From sequence record SRR20825006_268: 35,410 nt of DNA; one strand, written 5' to 3'. Position numbers and translations under genes: made by a program. Below the pieces are notes generated by a model that made no database searches, was not told the origin of the DNA, and was given only the letters and a program-made list of their open reading frames with translations. Shown here one piece after another: positions 18,050 to 28,047 of the stretch (its first letter is position 1; each line of letters begins with the position of its first letter).

Positions 18050-18958
18050 ATGAAAACCGAACAACGTCAAACCGCAGAAACCTCACACTGGCCGCTGCCC
18101 GCTAGCGGGCAGCGTACCGTGATCCCGCCTGCAGTGCTTTCCCGAGTCAGCCAGCACCCGCTTTGCGCAGGCTGCATGCCCCATGGTGTGGGCTTTTACC
18201 CTCACGCTAGCGGGCACCGCATGGCACGCCACCGGCCGGCGGATGACCTGCTGATCTACTGTGTAGCCGGCGCCGGGGAAGTGACGTACGGAGGCCAGAG
18301 CCAGCCAGTGACAGCCGGTGAGCTATTGCTGTTCCCTGCCGGCCTGGCCCACCGCTACCAGGCCAACCCGCAACAGCCCTGGAGCATTTACTGGGTACAT
18401 TTGGGGGGGCATGAGGTAGAGAGGTATTTCGACGAAATTGCCGGACAGTCACAGCCCGGCATCCGCAAGGTTAACGTGGGCGTGCACTCGCGGCTGGCAG
18501 AGGATTTTCAGGCACTGATGGCGGCGGCCACTAACGCCCAGCCAGAGCACCTGATGTATGCAGCCAATTTACTGCGCAGCCTGCTCGCCTACGCAGCGCT
18601 GATGCGCCGCCAGCACCAGGTGCGCCACGCCACTCTGGATGTAAACCGGGTAAACAGTCACCTGCAAACGGCCATCGATCAGCGCCTTAGCCTGGACGCC
18701 CTGATCGCCGCCACCAGCGACTTGTCCCGCTATCATTTTATTCGTGAATACAAACGCCAGACCGGCCAGACCCCCATGCAGGCTTTCCTGCGCATCAAGG
18801 TGAGCCATGCCTGTTACCTGCTGGACATCAGTGATCAGGGAGTGGCCGCCATTGCTCTGCAACTGGGCTATGACGACCCCTATTATTTTTCTCGATTGTT
18901 CAAAAAAGTGATGGGCGTTTCGCCGCAGAAATACCGACAGGAAAGAGGGAAAAAGTAA
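18050..18958 (+). CDS. mmsR: AraC-family regulator, MmsR-like, divergent from mmsA
   Basis: Cupin domain (GFYP, LIYC, WSIYWVH) plus AraC HTH ([21 protein letters not shown]). Confidence 0.85.
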   Translation: MKTEQRQTAETSHWPLPASGQRTVIPPAVLSRVSQHPLCAGCMPHGVGFYPHASGHRMARHRPADDLLIYCVAGAGEVTYGGQSQPVTAGELLLFPAGLAHRYQANPQQPWSIYWVHLGGHEVERYFDEIAGQSQPGIRKVNVGVHSRLAEDFQALMAAATNAQPEHLMYAANLLRSLLAYAALMRRQHQVRHATLDVNRVNSHLQTAIDQRLSLDALIAATSDLSRYHFIREYKRQTGQTPMQAFLRIKVSHACYLLDISDQGVAAIALQLGYDDPYYFSRLFKKVMGVSPQKYRQERGKK

Positions 18959-18996
18959 TTTTACTTTAACGTTCCTTTTGTGTTTTTTTCTAAAAA

Positions 18997-19722
18997 TTAC
19001 GGCCTACCTTCCCAGCTCATGGTTAACACCTGAAGGTTACTTTCGCACTGAAAAACATAGGCACAACCGCTGTTACCAAACCAGAAGGGAAGGGTATCGG
19101 TGGAATCAATCTGAAAAAGAAATTTCATCGGTTTTTGGCAACAGGAACAGGACGGGTAATCCACTTCCGCCACCCAGTGCGGCCAACCCAGAAACTTGTC
19201 ACCCGGCTGCGGGGCAGGGCGGTGAGCCTGGAGCAGGGCGACCATGCCCTGTGGCACGTCATCATTCAGGGCCGCCATTTCCTGGCGGTCGGGAAAATCT
19301 GTCACGCGCTGCCAGCCCGTCAGCGCCTGCTCGGTAAACGCATCCGGTATCCCCACCGGCAAGGCATCGAAGCCATCAGCCTGCTGGCGAGGAATCACTC
19401 GCACCAGATTGGCGTCAGAGAAGGGCAGATGTGCGTGCCCCAACACTTCACAGTCTTCCTCCCCATTGGTGCAATAGAACACCTGCAGTACGCCGTCGCC
19501 GAACCCTGCGCGGCTATCCACCGGCAGATCCTGGGAGTCGAGCTGCACAAACAGCTGCATGGGCTGATGGCAATGGCCACAGCACGGCCAGGATTCATCC
19601 GTTTTCAGCAGCGGCAAGCCGCCAAACTTGGAGCGCGCGCCCGGCACCGCCGGGCCGACCCGAGGTCGCCACCCGGGACGGGCCAGGGTAGACAGCTTGT
19701 GTTTGATTTCTTCGGGCAACAT
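18997..19722 (-). CDS. DUF1963/YwqG family protein
   Basis: SKFGGLP, WPCCGHC..PMQLFVQL, KFLGWPHW, FLFQIDS, FGNSGCAYVF. Confidence 0.8.
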   Translation of the reverse strand: MLPEEIKHKLSTLARPGWRPRVGPAVPGARSKFGGLPLLKTDESWPCCGHCHQPMQLFVQLDSQDLPVDSRAGFGDGVLQVFYCTNGEEDCEVLGHAHLPFSDANLVRVIPRQQADGFDALPVGIPDAFTEQALTGWQRVTDFPDRQEMAALNDDVPQGMVALLQAHRPAPQPGDKFLGWPHWVAEVDYPSCSCCQKPMKFLFQIDSTDTLPFWFGNSGCAYVFQCESNLQVLTMSWEGRP

Positions 19723-19874
19723 GACTCGTCCTCGTACGGTCGTTTCATGTTCGTCTTCACGCAACCTTGACGCAATGAACCCGGTTCCGTTACCCGCTGC
19801 CAGGCCGTTTTTTCCGGTTGAGCGGCGTGCAATTAACTGCCAAGCCCGGTTTTATGCCCGCGGTGACTCCTTGT

Positions 19875-20864
19875 TCAGGAGGATTTCAGGGTCAAAGTGG
19901 CGGTCATGCCGGCCGCCAGCACCGTGCCTTCAGGCAGGCTATCGGCATCGATGGATACCCGTACCGGCACCCGTTGGGCCAGGCGCACCCAGTTGAAGGT
20001 GGGGTTCACATCCGCCAGCAAGTTGGCACCGGTGGGGTTATCCCGATCGGCGATACCGTGGGCGATGCTCTCCACCGTACCCCGTGCGCGTATCCCACTG
20101 AGTAAACGCACCTGTACCGCATCTCCCACGTGTACATTGGGCAGCTTGGTTTCCTCGAAGTAGCCGTACACCCAGAAATCATGGCGATCGATCAATGCCA
20201 TGTGCGCCTGCCCGGCGTGGGCGTAATCCCCCGGATACAGCGCCAGGTTAGTGACATAGCCGTCCACCGGCGCGCGCACTTCGGTCCGCTCCAGATTCAA
20301 TTGCGCCAAAGCCAGCGCCGCATTGGCCTGCTGCAAGCGAGCCAGCAACTGCTGCTGGCTGGCGGTGGCCCGCTGGTGGCTGGCCTGGGCCGCCTGCAGC
20401 TGGGCCTGCGCCGCGTCAGCGTTACTGTGGGCGTTATCGCGCACCTCCCGGGACACCGCTTCAGCAATGCGGTCCCGGCGACGGGACTCCGCTTGGCGCA
20501 TGGCAAACTCCGCCCGCGCCTTGGCCGCACTGGCCTGGGCTGCACGGATATCCGCTCCGGCTGCCCGTGCGGCCGCTTCGGCGGCCTGCTGGTCTGCTTC
20601 TGCCTGCTGCAGGGCATTCTGGTAGCGGCTGCGATCGATCACGAACAGCAGATCCCCCCGCTGCACGCTCTGGTTATCCTCGACAGCCACCTCGGTGACC
20701 AGACCGGTCACATCCGGCGCCACCTGAACCACCCGTGCCCGTACCCGGCCATCACGGGTCCAGGGGGAATACATATAGTGTTGCCACAGGGCCCAGGCCA
20801 GCAGTGACGCCAGCACCACCATGACCAGGGTCACCATGACACGCAGCAGGGATTGGGTTTTCAT
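19875..20864 (-). CDS. HlyD-family periplasmic adaptor (AaeA-like)
   Basis: TM anchor, SPWTRDGRV, VRAPVDG, YFEETKL, NPTFNWVRLAQRVPVR. Confidence 0.92.
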   Translation of the reverse strand: MKTQSLLRVMVTLVMVVLASLLAWALWQHYMYSPWTRDGRVRARVVQVAPDVTGLVTEVAVEDNQSVQRGDLLFVIDRSRYQNALQQAEADQQAAEAAARAAGADIRAAQASAAKARAEFAMRQAESRRRDRIAEAVSREVRDNAHSNADAAQAQLQAAQASHQRATASQQQLLARLQQANAALALAQLNLERTEVRAPVDGYVTNLALYPGDYAHAGQAHMALIDRHDFWVYGYFEETKLPNVHVGDAVQVRLLSGIRARGTVESIAHGIADRDNPTGANLLADVNPTFNWVRLAQRVPVRVSIDADSLPEGTVLAAGMTATLTLKSS

Positions 20865-20888
20865 CCGCCTCTCTCCTTTCTTGTTCAG

Positions 20889-21089
20889 CTACTGCATGAC
20901 CAGCAAACCGAGGCCGCCAAAACAGCAAAAAAATACCGCCACCCGGAACAAGGGTGGGTGCCAGACATAGCGATACAGCCCATAGCGACCGCCGACCCAG
21001 TCCACCGCCCACTGCAGCAGCAAGCTAAAGACGAACACCAGCAGCAGGCTGGGCACCAGCGCATCCAGCAAGGCGATTTCATGGGGCAT
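20889..21089 (-). CDS. DUF1656 (AaeX-like) small membrane protein
   Basis: 66 aa, two hydrophobic segments, YRYVWHPPLF. Confidence 0.9.
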   Translation of the reverse strand: MPHEIALLDALVPSLLLVFVFSLLLQWAVDWVGGRYGLYRYVWHPPLFRVAVFFCCFGGLGLLVMQ

Positions 21090-23211
21090 GGGCCACTTCC
21101 TCCTGGTCTGCGCTTGCCGATAAACACGGCTGCGAATGAGATGATTCCGGGGTCGCCATCAGCACCGAACGGGTATCCAGCAATGCCAGGCGCAACAGGT
21201 GCAGCTGACGCAGGGCAGGGCGGTGCGTCACCGTGAGCATGGCCTCATCCAGCGCCTGCAAGGCGCGCTCATGGACATGCGGTTGTTTATCCGCATCACT
21301 GCGATACAAATCCGCAAAGACCGCCAGCACCGCCCTCTCCGCGGCTTGCTGTGCCTGGGGCAGGGCGAGGCGCAGGCGGCGCAACTCCACCACTGCCCGG
21401 CCGGTTTCATGCACCGACAGCGCCCAGGCCAGCCAGTCACGGGCACGCGGGCCGGCATGCACCATGATCTGCATGAACAGGTCCCGGGTGGCACTTTCAA
21501 AGCGGTGCCGCAGTCCGCTCAGGGGCGCCTCACAGGCGCGAGTCACCTGATAGCGCAACTGACGTAACAGGCGATGCCGCAACCAGCCATTGCTGGAGGC
21601 ATTGCCGAACAGGCTAAACGCCACCGCCACGGCCAGCACCCCGGCGATCTGACTAATGGCCTCGTTGGCCACATACACCGGATCGAACGTCATCGGGCTG
21701 TGCAGGTTCAGCAGGTAGATAAAGCTGAGCACATAACCGGTGCCATAACCGGCCAGTGTCGGCCGGGTAGTGAGATACAGCCCGGTCAGCAGAAACGGTA
21801 CGGTGCCTGCCACCATTAGCCCGAAACCATCCATGTGGGTAAGCACCAGAAACTGGCAAAGAAAGGCCAGTGGCATCCCTGTAGCAAAGCCCAGTGAAAT
21901 CTGGCGCACCACCGCCGACGGGTTCGGCGCACTGGCAAACAGGCCGGTAAAGATCGTCGCCAACATCATGGCACTGCCGCCATGCACCCAGCCGGACAGA
22001 ATCCAGAAACTGCCCATCACCAGCATGGTGAGTGTGGCCCGCACCCCGCTCAACAACGCGCCGAGGCGATCATTACCGTGCTGAAATACCACCTCTTTCT
22101 GCGCCGCCGAGGACACGCCGGGGCGGCGCAATACCGCATAGGCCTGCACATAGGCCTGCAATTCCTGCACGCAACGGACCAGCAACTCCGCCCCGGTGTC
22201 GAAATCCAGCCGCTCCCGGCGGGATGTCAGCCCCTGGCGTTGCGCCCTGATCTGCCCGGGCAATTCCCGCTCGGTCTGTTGTAACGCCAGCGACAAGCGT
22301 GCCGCCGCCTCCGGGCTGGGCTGGCAATCGCCGTCCAACACCGTGGCGGTGAACACGCACAACTGCATCAACCGATCGCGGGTATCGCGGTGATGGGGTG
22401 CGTGCATGCGATTCATCAGGTGATGCAGGGTCTGGTAGCTGGTGGAGACCTCCATGAAATGCTGGTTGAGCTGGCGCAATCGTGGGCTGTGCGCCCGCAC
22501 CCCGGCATCCTCGAACACCACGGAACTGCGCAGGTTTTCCACCTGAAGGGTCTCGCCAACAAACCGCATGTGGGCCTCTTCCAGCGCATCACGGGCCAGC
22601 ACGCCCCCCAGACTGGCGCGCACAAACGCCAGAAAACCACTGTATTGATCGGCCAATTGCTGACGCAGGGCCATGCGCAACCGCTGTGGGAACAGCACAT
22701 CCCCCACCAGTCCGGCCACCAGAATGCCCAGCATTACTTCGCTAACCCGCATCACCGCCGAGTCAAACAACCCCAGCGGGTGCTGCACCACCGGCAGCAC
22801 CACAATGGCCACGGTGTAACCGGACAGCACAAAGCCATAGGACATGAAGTTGCGATACAGGGACGCCCCGGCCGCACACAGGCCGATCCACAGGGCCATG
22901 CCCACCAGCAATAACTCACGTTGTTGCGGGAACAGGCCCACTAAAGCGATGGCCACAGCACACCCCACCAGCGTCCCCATGGCCCGGTAAAAGCTTTTCG
23001 CCAGCACCATGCCACTGGCCGGATGCATCACCAGCGCCACCGTCATCATAGTGGTGGCCGGCTGCTGCAGGTCCAGGCGCATGGCCAACCAGCCACCGAT
23101 AAAAATGGCCAGCAGCACCTTGCCCACGTACAACCAGTCCAGCGCGGCTTCGCGGAGCATGCCTGCCAGCTGTGGGCCGGGCTCGGCGGTGTCGTCGTGG
23201 CGGGCACTCAT
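21079..23211 (-). CDS. FUSC-family (AaeB/FusC-like) inner-membrane transporter
   Basis: GMVLAKSFYRAMGTLVG, SYGFVLSGYT, RVSEVMLG; two TM blocks. Confidence 0.92.
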   Translation of the reverse strand: MSARHDDTAEPGPQLAGMLREAALDWLYVGKVLLAIFIGGWLAMRLDLQQPATTMMTVALVMHPASGMVLAKSFYRAMGTLVGCAVAIALVGLFPQQRELLLVGMALWIGLCAAGASLYRNFMSYGFVLSGYTVAIVVLPVVQHPLGLFDSAVMRVSEVMLGILVAGLVGDVLFPQRLRMALRQQLADQYSGFLAFVRASLGGVLARDALEEAHMRFVGETLQVENLRSSVVFEDAGVRAHSPRLRQLNQHFMEVSTSYQTLHHLMNRMHAPHHRDTRDRLMQLCVFTATVLDGDCQPSPEAAARLSLALQQTERELPGQIRAQRQGLTSRRERLDFDTGAELLVRCVQELQAYVQAYAVLRRPGVSSAAQKEVVFQHGNDRLGALLSGVRATLTMLVMGSFWILSGWVHGGSAMMLATIFTGLFASAPNPSAVVRQISLGFATGMPLAFLCQFLVLTHMDGFGLMVAGTVPFLLTGLYLTTRPTLAGYGTGYVLSFIYLLNLHSPMTFDPVYVANEAISQIAGVLAVAVAFSLFGNASSNGWLRHRLLRQLRYQVTRACEAPLSGLRHRFESATRDLFMQIMVHAGPRARDWLAWALSVHETGRAVVELRRLRLALPQAQQAAERAVLAVFADLYRSDADKQPHVHERALQALDEAMLTVTHRPALRQLHLLRLALLDTRSVLMATPESSHSQPCLSASADQEEVAHAP

Positions 23212-23221
23212 GGCGCGGCGC

Positions 23222-23755
23222 TCACAGGTTCCGTTCGATCTGCTCGGCAACGCCCAGCAACCGCTTGAGCAAGATTTCCAGCATGGCGGTTTCCTGCGCA
23301 TCAAAGGCCGAGCCGTACTCATTCAGCAGTGAAGACATGGATGGCAGAAACTGCTCTACCAGCGCCTCTCCTTCCGGAGTCAGGGACACCAGCACACGGC
23401 GCCGGTCCTGGGGGTCGGCAAAACGGGCCATCCAGCCCCGGTCGTAGAGAATATTGCACACCCGGGTCACGTTGGCCGACTTCTCCGCCGCCGCATCACG
23501 CAGCTGAGTGACGGTCATCCCCTCCTGCTGGCAGCCATACAACATCATCAGCACGTTGTAGTCCGTGTGATTCAGGCCATATTGGCGCAGCACCAGGTTG
23601 GCGGTGTCGTGGACGTGCTGGGAGATGGCTTTTACCAGCCGCACCAGCATGGCCGGTTCCCGGGGATAGTCGGGAAAACGCTGGTGGGTCAGGTTGATGC
23701 GGTTTTCGGTGGCGTCGAAGCGGCTCAAGCAGCCCTCCTGAATCTTTATGAACAT
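23222..23755 (-). CDS. MarR-family regulator (EmrR-like)
   Basis: ANVTRVCNIL..RGW, DPQDRRRVLVSLTPEG. Confidence 0.92.
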   Translation of the reverse strand: MFIKIQEGCLSRFDATENRINLTHQRFPDYPREPAMLVRLVKAISQHVHDTANLVLRQYGLNHTDYNVLMMLYGCQQEGMTVTQLRDAAAEKSANVTRVCNILYDRGWMARFADPQDRRRVLVSLTPEGEALVEQFLPSMSSLLNEYGSAFDAQETAMLEILLKRLLGVAEQIERNL

Positions 23756-23765
23756 GATTCATTTA

Positions 23766-23809
23766 TTCTACAACCAAATAGTACACAAATGAACTATTTG
23801 GTTGTAGAA
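23766..23809. promoter_or_regulatory. Long palindrome, probable MarR autoregulatory operator
   Basis: TTCTACAACCAAATAGT-acacaaatga-ACTATTTGGTTGTAGAA (perfect 17-bp arms), 10 nt upstream of the marR start. Confidence 0.75.
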
Positions 23810-23858
23810 AGGCTCTTTGCACTTCACGAACAGAAATAACGATATGATTTAAAAGGGT

Positions 23859-25328
23859 TTACTCTGGGGGGAGCTCGCCAGATTCCTGGAACGGCTGTAG
23901 CTGCCACTGGGCAAACGCCTGCTGGGCCAACTCCAGTTGCTCGATCAACCGCTGGCGTTTGCTGGGGTCAAAGCGGCGGCTGGCCAGAGCCTGCAGGCTT
24001 TTTTGCAAGCCATTGCGGTGACTGCGTTCCATCTGTGCCAGCCAGTGGTCCTGCGCGCCGGTGACCACCAGCACATCGCGACCGGCATGGTTGCGCTGGC
24101 TCACCTGATACCAGTGCACCAACGCCCGGCCCAGCACCACATAGGCAAATTGCGGATCCCGCAGGGGACCGTAGACCGCCTCGCGGAAACCGCCACTGAG
24201 CGGCCCGAATTTCAGTTTGGTGAGCTTGTCGCTGTAGTAGTAACTGCCCGCCGCGCCCAGCAACCCACCGATCAGTGCGCCAGCCCCCAGGGAATGCCCC
24301 AGCGCCACCGCATCAATCCCCGCGCCACCCACAGCACCGGCACCGAAACCCGCGGCGGCCAGCTGGGTCTTGCTGATGCCCCATAGCTGACGGGTGCGCT
24401 CACTGAACAGGTCGCCGCCTTGCGGGGTTACCAGCGCCTCTTCCTGACGCTGCAGGCGGCGATGCTGGTACAAGTCTTCCACCGCCACACGCAGCCGTTG
24501 CTCACGCTCGCGCTGCCAGTTCTGCCAGCGCTGTTGTAGCTTGGGCAACAGAGGGCTGGCGTCTTCGAACTCACTCAACCGTGCGGTTTCCTGATGGCCG
24601 AGCATGTCGATCAGGGCGTCGGCGATGCGCTCCAGAGCCTGGCTGTCACGGCCAAATTTGAGCGCCTGCAGATATTCCAGCGCGGCATCCAGCGGCTCGC
24701 GCCAGTGGGGCGCCAGCTGGCCAAAACTGCGCAGCAAATCCAGGTGCTTTTCAAACGGAGCGCGCACCGCGTCGAAGCGCCGCACGATCTGGAAATACTG
24801 ACCCAACGCGGCCTCCCAGGCGGCACTGTGATCATCCGGGCCGATCTGGTTAATCAGCGCCAGACTGGGCCGGCCGGTCCAGCGCAGGATATTCATTTCC
24901 GCTTCGTGCTCGCGGTTATAGGGCACCGAGCCATCCACCACATAGATAATCCCGGCGCCCTCCACGATGGGCCGCAGCAGCTCGCATTCATCGTGGTAAC
25001 GCGGATCGTCACGGTGCTGGGTCACGAATGCGGCCACCGTTTCCGGCCGGTCCGAGGCGGACAGGCTATGCCCCTGCAACCAGGCCAGCACCTTGCGGGG
25101 GCGCTGGAAACCGGGGGTGTCGATCAGCTCATAGAGCGTCACGTCATCCACTTTCATGGGGTAACGGTGACTGTCGCGGGTGGTGCCCGGCTCCATGGCG
25201 ATGGCAATACTGTCGTTCTGGGCGAGCGTCGCCACCACACTGGATTTGCCCTTGTTGGGGTGGCCCACCACGGCAAAGCGCGGCAGATCAACGGAAGGCG
25301 CGGGAGTGGCGTTGTCTGGTTCGTGCAT
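23859..25328 (-). CDS. P-loop GTPase with DUF3482 domain
   Basis: G1 GHPNKGKSS, G2 PGTT, G3 DTPG, C-terminal Gly-rich hydrophobic hairpin; ATG overlaps the upstream stop. Confidence 0.85.
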   Translation of the reverse strand: MHEPDNATPAPSVDLPRFAVVGHPNKGKSSVVATLAQNDSIAIAMEPGTTRDSHRYPMKVDDVTLYELIDTPGFQRPRKVLAWLQGHSLSASDRPETVAAFVTQHRDDPRYHDECELLRPIVEGAGIIYVVDGSVPYNREHEAEMNILRWTGRPSLALINQIGPDDHSAAWEAALGQYFQIVRRFDAVRAPFEKHLDLLRSFGQLAPHWREPLDAALEYLQALKFGRDSQALERIADALIDMLGHQETARLSEFEDASPLLPKLQQRWQNWQREREQRLRVAVEDLYQHRRLQRQEEALVTPQGGDLFSERTRQLWGISKTQLAAAGFGAGAVGGAGIDAVALGHSLGAGALIGGLLGAAGSYYYSDKLTKLKFGPLSGGFREAVYGPLRDPQFAYVVLGRALVHWYQVSQRNHAGRDVLVVTGAQDHWLAQMERSHRNGLQKSLQALASRRFDPSKRQRLIEQLELAQQAFAQWQLQPFQESGELPPE

Positions 25329-26701
25329 CAGGCTTGCTGCTCCTTCTCTGCCGCCCCCGGGGCACACAGTAATAACTGGCTATCGCGCTGGCGGTCCACA
25401 AAGCGTTGCCACTGGGCGAGCAATCCCGCGTCAGTCAACGCCGCGCCACCTTCATCAGCCAATGGCACCAGCGCCAGCAGCGCCGACACGCCCTGTTCGC
25501 GGGCATCAAAAATAAAATCGCTCAGCTCACCGGTGGGCGGTTCCCACCCCCGGGCCACCACAATCACCGGCTGCCTGGATTCCGCCGCTTGCGCCAACAC
25601 CCGGGCATCCTCATCCAGACTGCTATTGCCGCCGGCACGCAACTGCAACGGCGCCGGGTCCGCCGACAGGGCGGCACCGAGTGATGCAGACTGCAGGCCC
25701 GCACCGGCCCAGTGAATCAGGGTGGCGCTGGCAGGAAGTGGCGACAGGGCAGTGTGGGCCGGGGCCGGGGCTGCCTGCCCCTCATCGTCGCCCCGGGTGT
25801 CCACCCAGGGGGTATCGAAGCGGTAATGGAGCGGCTGCCAGCCCGGGTGGGCGCGCAGGGCACGGTGGCTTTGCCAGCGTAATTGCAGCGCCGCCAGCAT
25901 CAGCAACACACAGCGGGGCAGCAGCACATAGACCAGCCACAGCATCAACACGAACGGCCACCAGGTACCCAGCAAGGCCGGGTTGGCCACGCCACTGTCC
26001 TGCTGCAACCGGTAAAATTGGGAGGCTTCCACCAACGCCAGCGAGGGCACCGCGTCTGGCCACAGGGATTGCCAGGGCAGCGCCAGCGCGCTGACCCACT
26101 GGTGATAACCGGCGGCGGACGCCTGCAACGTGGTACTCCAGCCGAAGGCCAGGTCCTGCACCGCCACCAGCAACAGCAAGGTCAACAGGCCGGTCAGGGC
26201 AAACATCAAACCACCGGTATGGGCGACCCGGGCGGACAACACCGGGCGCAACGGCGCCAGCGCATCGTCCTCCCCGCGCCAGCGACCCAGCAGGCTGCGC
26301 CAGGGCTGCCAGCCCAGCCAGGCCTGCACGCTGGTGAACAGTGCCAGCAGCCATTGCAGGGCCACCAGCGCGACCAGCAGGGTCACATTGATCTGCTGGC
26401 CGCCATCGTAATAGAGCAGACCCAGCATGAAGACCACACCCAGCACTGCACCCAGGCCGGCAAACACCCAGCGCGCCTGTCGCCAGCCGCGCAGGCGCGG
26501 ATCGGCGCCACTGTCTACCTGACGCTGACCATTGAGGGCATGTAAAGAGGCCAGCCAGGCGGGCACCGTGAGCGGCTGCCGCTGTTCCTGTTGCTGCTGG
26601 GCAAAACGCCGGTCGCGGCGATGCAGGAACGCGTGGTTCTGATCCACATCGCGGCGGTACTGGTCGTCAAAATCCAGCAGCAGGGTTAATGCATTCGCCA
26701 A
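25328..26701 (-). CDS. DUF2868 membrane protein
   Basis: Four TM segments, INV, DLAFGWSTTL, WWPFV..YVLLPR, WEPP; TTG start uncertain. Confidence 0.82.
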   Translation of the reverse strand: MANALTLLLDFDDQYRRDVDQNHAFLHRRDRRFAQQQQEQRQPLTVPAWLASLHALNGQRQVDSGADPRLRGWRQARWVFAGLGAVLGVVFMLGLLYYDGGQQINVTLLVALVALQWLLALFTSVQAWLGWQPWRSLLGRWRGEDDALAPLRPVLSARVAHTGGLMFALTGLLTLLLLVAVQDLAFGWSTTLQASAAGYHQWVSALALPWQSLWPDAVPSLALVEASQFYRLQQDSGVANPALLGTWWPFVLMLWLVYVLLPRCVLLMLAALQLRWQSHRALRAHPGWQPLHYRFDTPWVDTRGDDEGQAAPAPAHTALSPLPASATLIHWAGAGLQSASLGAALSADPAPLQLRAGGNSSLDEDARVLAQAAESRQPVIVVARGWEPPTGELSDFIFDAREQGVSALLALVPLADEGGAALTDAGLLAQWQRFVDRQRDSQLLLCAPGAAEKEQQA

Positions 26702-26723
26702 AGCGGCCTCGGGTCAGGGCAGA

Positions 26724-27071
26724 TCAATAACGGGACGGCGCGGAAGAAGTCGCAGACGGAGCCGCTTCATCCGCAGGTGCTGCCGGCGTCTCAGGCACCG
26801 GGCCCGGCATATTCGGGTCGTTCTTTTCCGACGTATATTTCACGCCATCGGTGGCGCAGGCTCCACAGGCGTTGGAGAACTCACCCAGAATGCCACCCTG
26901 CTGGTCGTAACCAAACACCGGACGGTAATCCATGGTGCACACCTCGGGCGGATCATCCGGGCAGGTGAGCGTGTCGTCCGGCAGGCCCATGGGGTAATCG
27001 TTGTCGTACGAGGAACTACAGCCCGCCAGTACCAGGGCCAGGCCTGTTGCAGCCAGAACGGCAGCTTTCAT
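26724..27071 (-). CDS. Lipoprotein with Kazal-like domain
   Basis: Lipobox LAGC; CTMDYRPVFG...FSNACGAC; Pro/Ala-rich tail; AAGGAG RBS. Confidence 0.8.
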   Translation of the reverse strand: MKAAVLAATGLALVLAGCSSSYDNDYPMGLPDDTLTCPDDPPEVCTMDYRPVFGYDQQGGILGEFSNACGACATDGVKYTSEKNDPNMPGPVPETPAAPADEAAPSATSSAPSRY

Positions 27072-27259
27072 ATTGCTCTCCTTGTCGCGTGTGTCAGCGC
27101 GTGTGCCGCGTGCATGAGCGCACGCGTGAATGCGCATTACACAGGGTATCTCTGAGACCCAAGCATAGATAAAGTTCGCCACGAACGCAGCCTGCGTTTG
27201 CTTATGGGGTGCGTTAAACTTTGGCCGCCATTCTTTTTCTGTTGCCCGTGAGGCCTACC

Positions 27260-28036
27260 ATGCACTCCCCCCATCGACCCATCGACTGGCGCCACACCCC
27301 GGCGGCCATCTGGCGCGGCCGTTCGCAAACGCTCCGCCCTGTTCCTCACCCCGACCCGGTACGGCTGGACGATTTGCTCGGCATCGCCACCCAGAAAGCC
27401 AAGCTGGTGCAGAACACGGAACGTTTTCTGGCCGGTCAGCCCTGCAATCATGTGCTGCTGTGGGGCAGCCGTGGCACCGGCAAGTCTTCCATCGTCAAAG
27501 CCTTGCTCAATGAATATTCCCCGCGCGGACTGCGCGTGATCGAGGTGGACAAGGATGACCTGCACGATCTGCCGGATATCGTTGACGATATTCGCGATCG
27601 CAGTCAGCGCTTCATCATTTATTGCGATGACCTGTCTTTTGAAGATGGCGAGAACCAGTACAAGCATTTGAAGAGCGTGCTGGAAGGGTCACTGGAATTG
27701 CCGCCGGAGAATGTACGCATCTATGCCACCAGCAACCGCCGTCACCTGCTCCCCGAATACATGAAAGATAACGAACAGACACAGGTGGTAAACCGGGAGC
27801 TGCATCACGGCGATGTGGTGGAGGAAAAAATTTCCCTGTCCGACCGCTTCGGTCTGGGACTGAGTTTTTATCCGATCAATGAGGCCCAGTATTTTGACAT
27901 CGTCGACCATCTGTTCGGCGCAGTGGAAGACCCTGAACAACTGCACGTGCGGGCCCGGCGTTTCTCCATGGAGAAGGGCGTGCGCTCTGGCCGCACCGCA
28001 CGGCAGTTTTATAACCAGTTTGTGGGGGAATTTTAA
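27260..28036 (+). CDS. DUF815 family AAA+ ATPase
   Basis: Walker A GSRGTGKS, YCDDLSFE, YATSNRRHL, EEKISLSDRFG, RSGRTA. Confidence 0.92.
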   Translation: MHSPHRPIDWRHTPAAIWRGRSQTLRPVPHPDPVRLDDLLGIATQKAKLVQNTERFLAGQPCNHVLLWGSRGTGKSSIVKALLNEYSPRGLRVIEVDKDDLHDLPDIVDDIRDRSQRFIIYCDDLSFEDGENQYKHLKSVLEGSLELPPENVRIYATSNRRHLLPEYMKDNEQTQVVNRELHHGDVVEEKISLSDRFGLGLSFYPINEAQYFDIVDHLFGAVEDPEQLHVRARRFSMEKGVRSGRTARQFYNQFVGEF

Positions 28037-28047
28037 AAACACGATCG

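Noticed and set aside
24594-25715. Long antisense or alternate-frame ORFs (also 2017-2844, 5980-6915, 32231-33199 and others)
   Set aside because: Shadow ORFs expected from high-GC codon bias opposite well-supported genes
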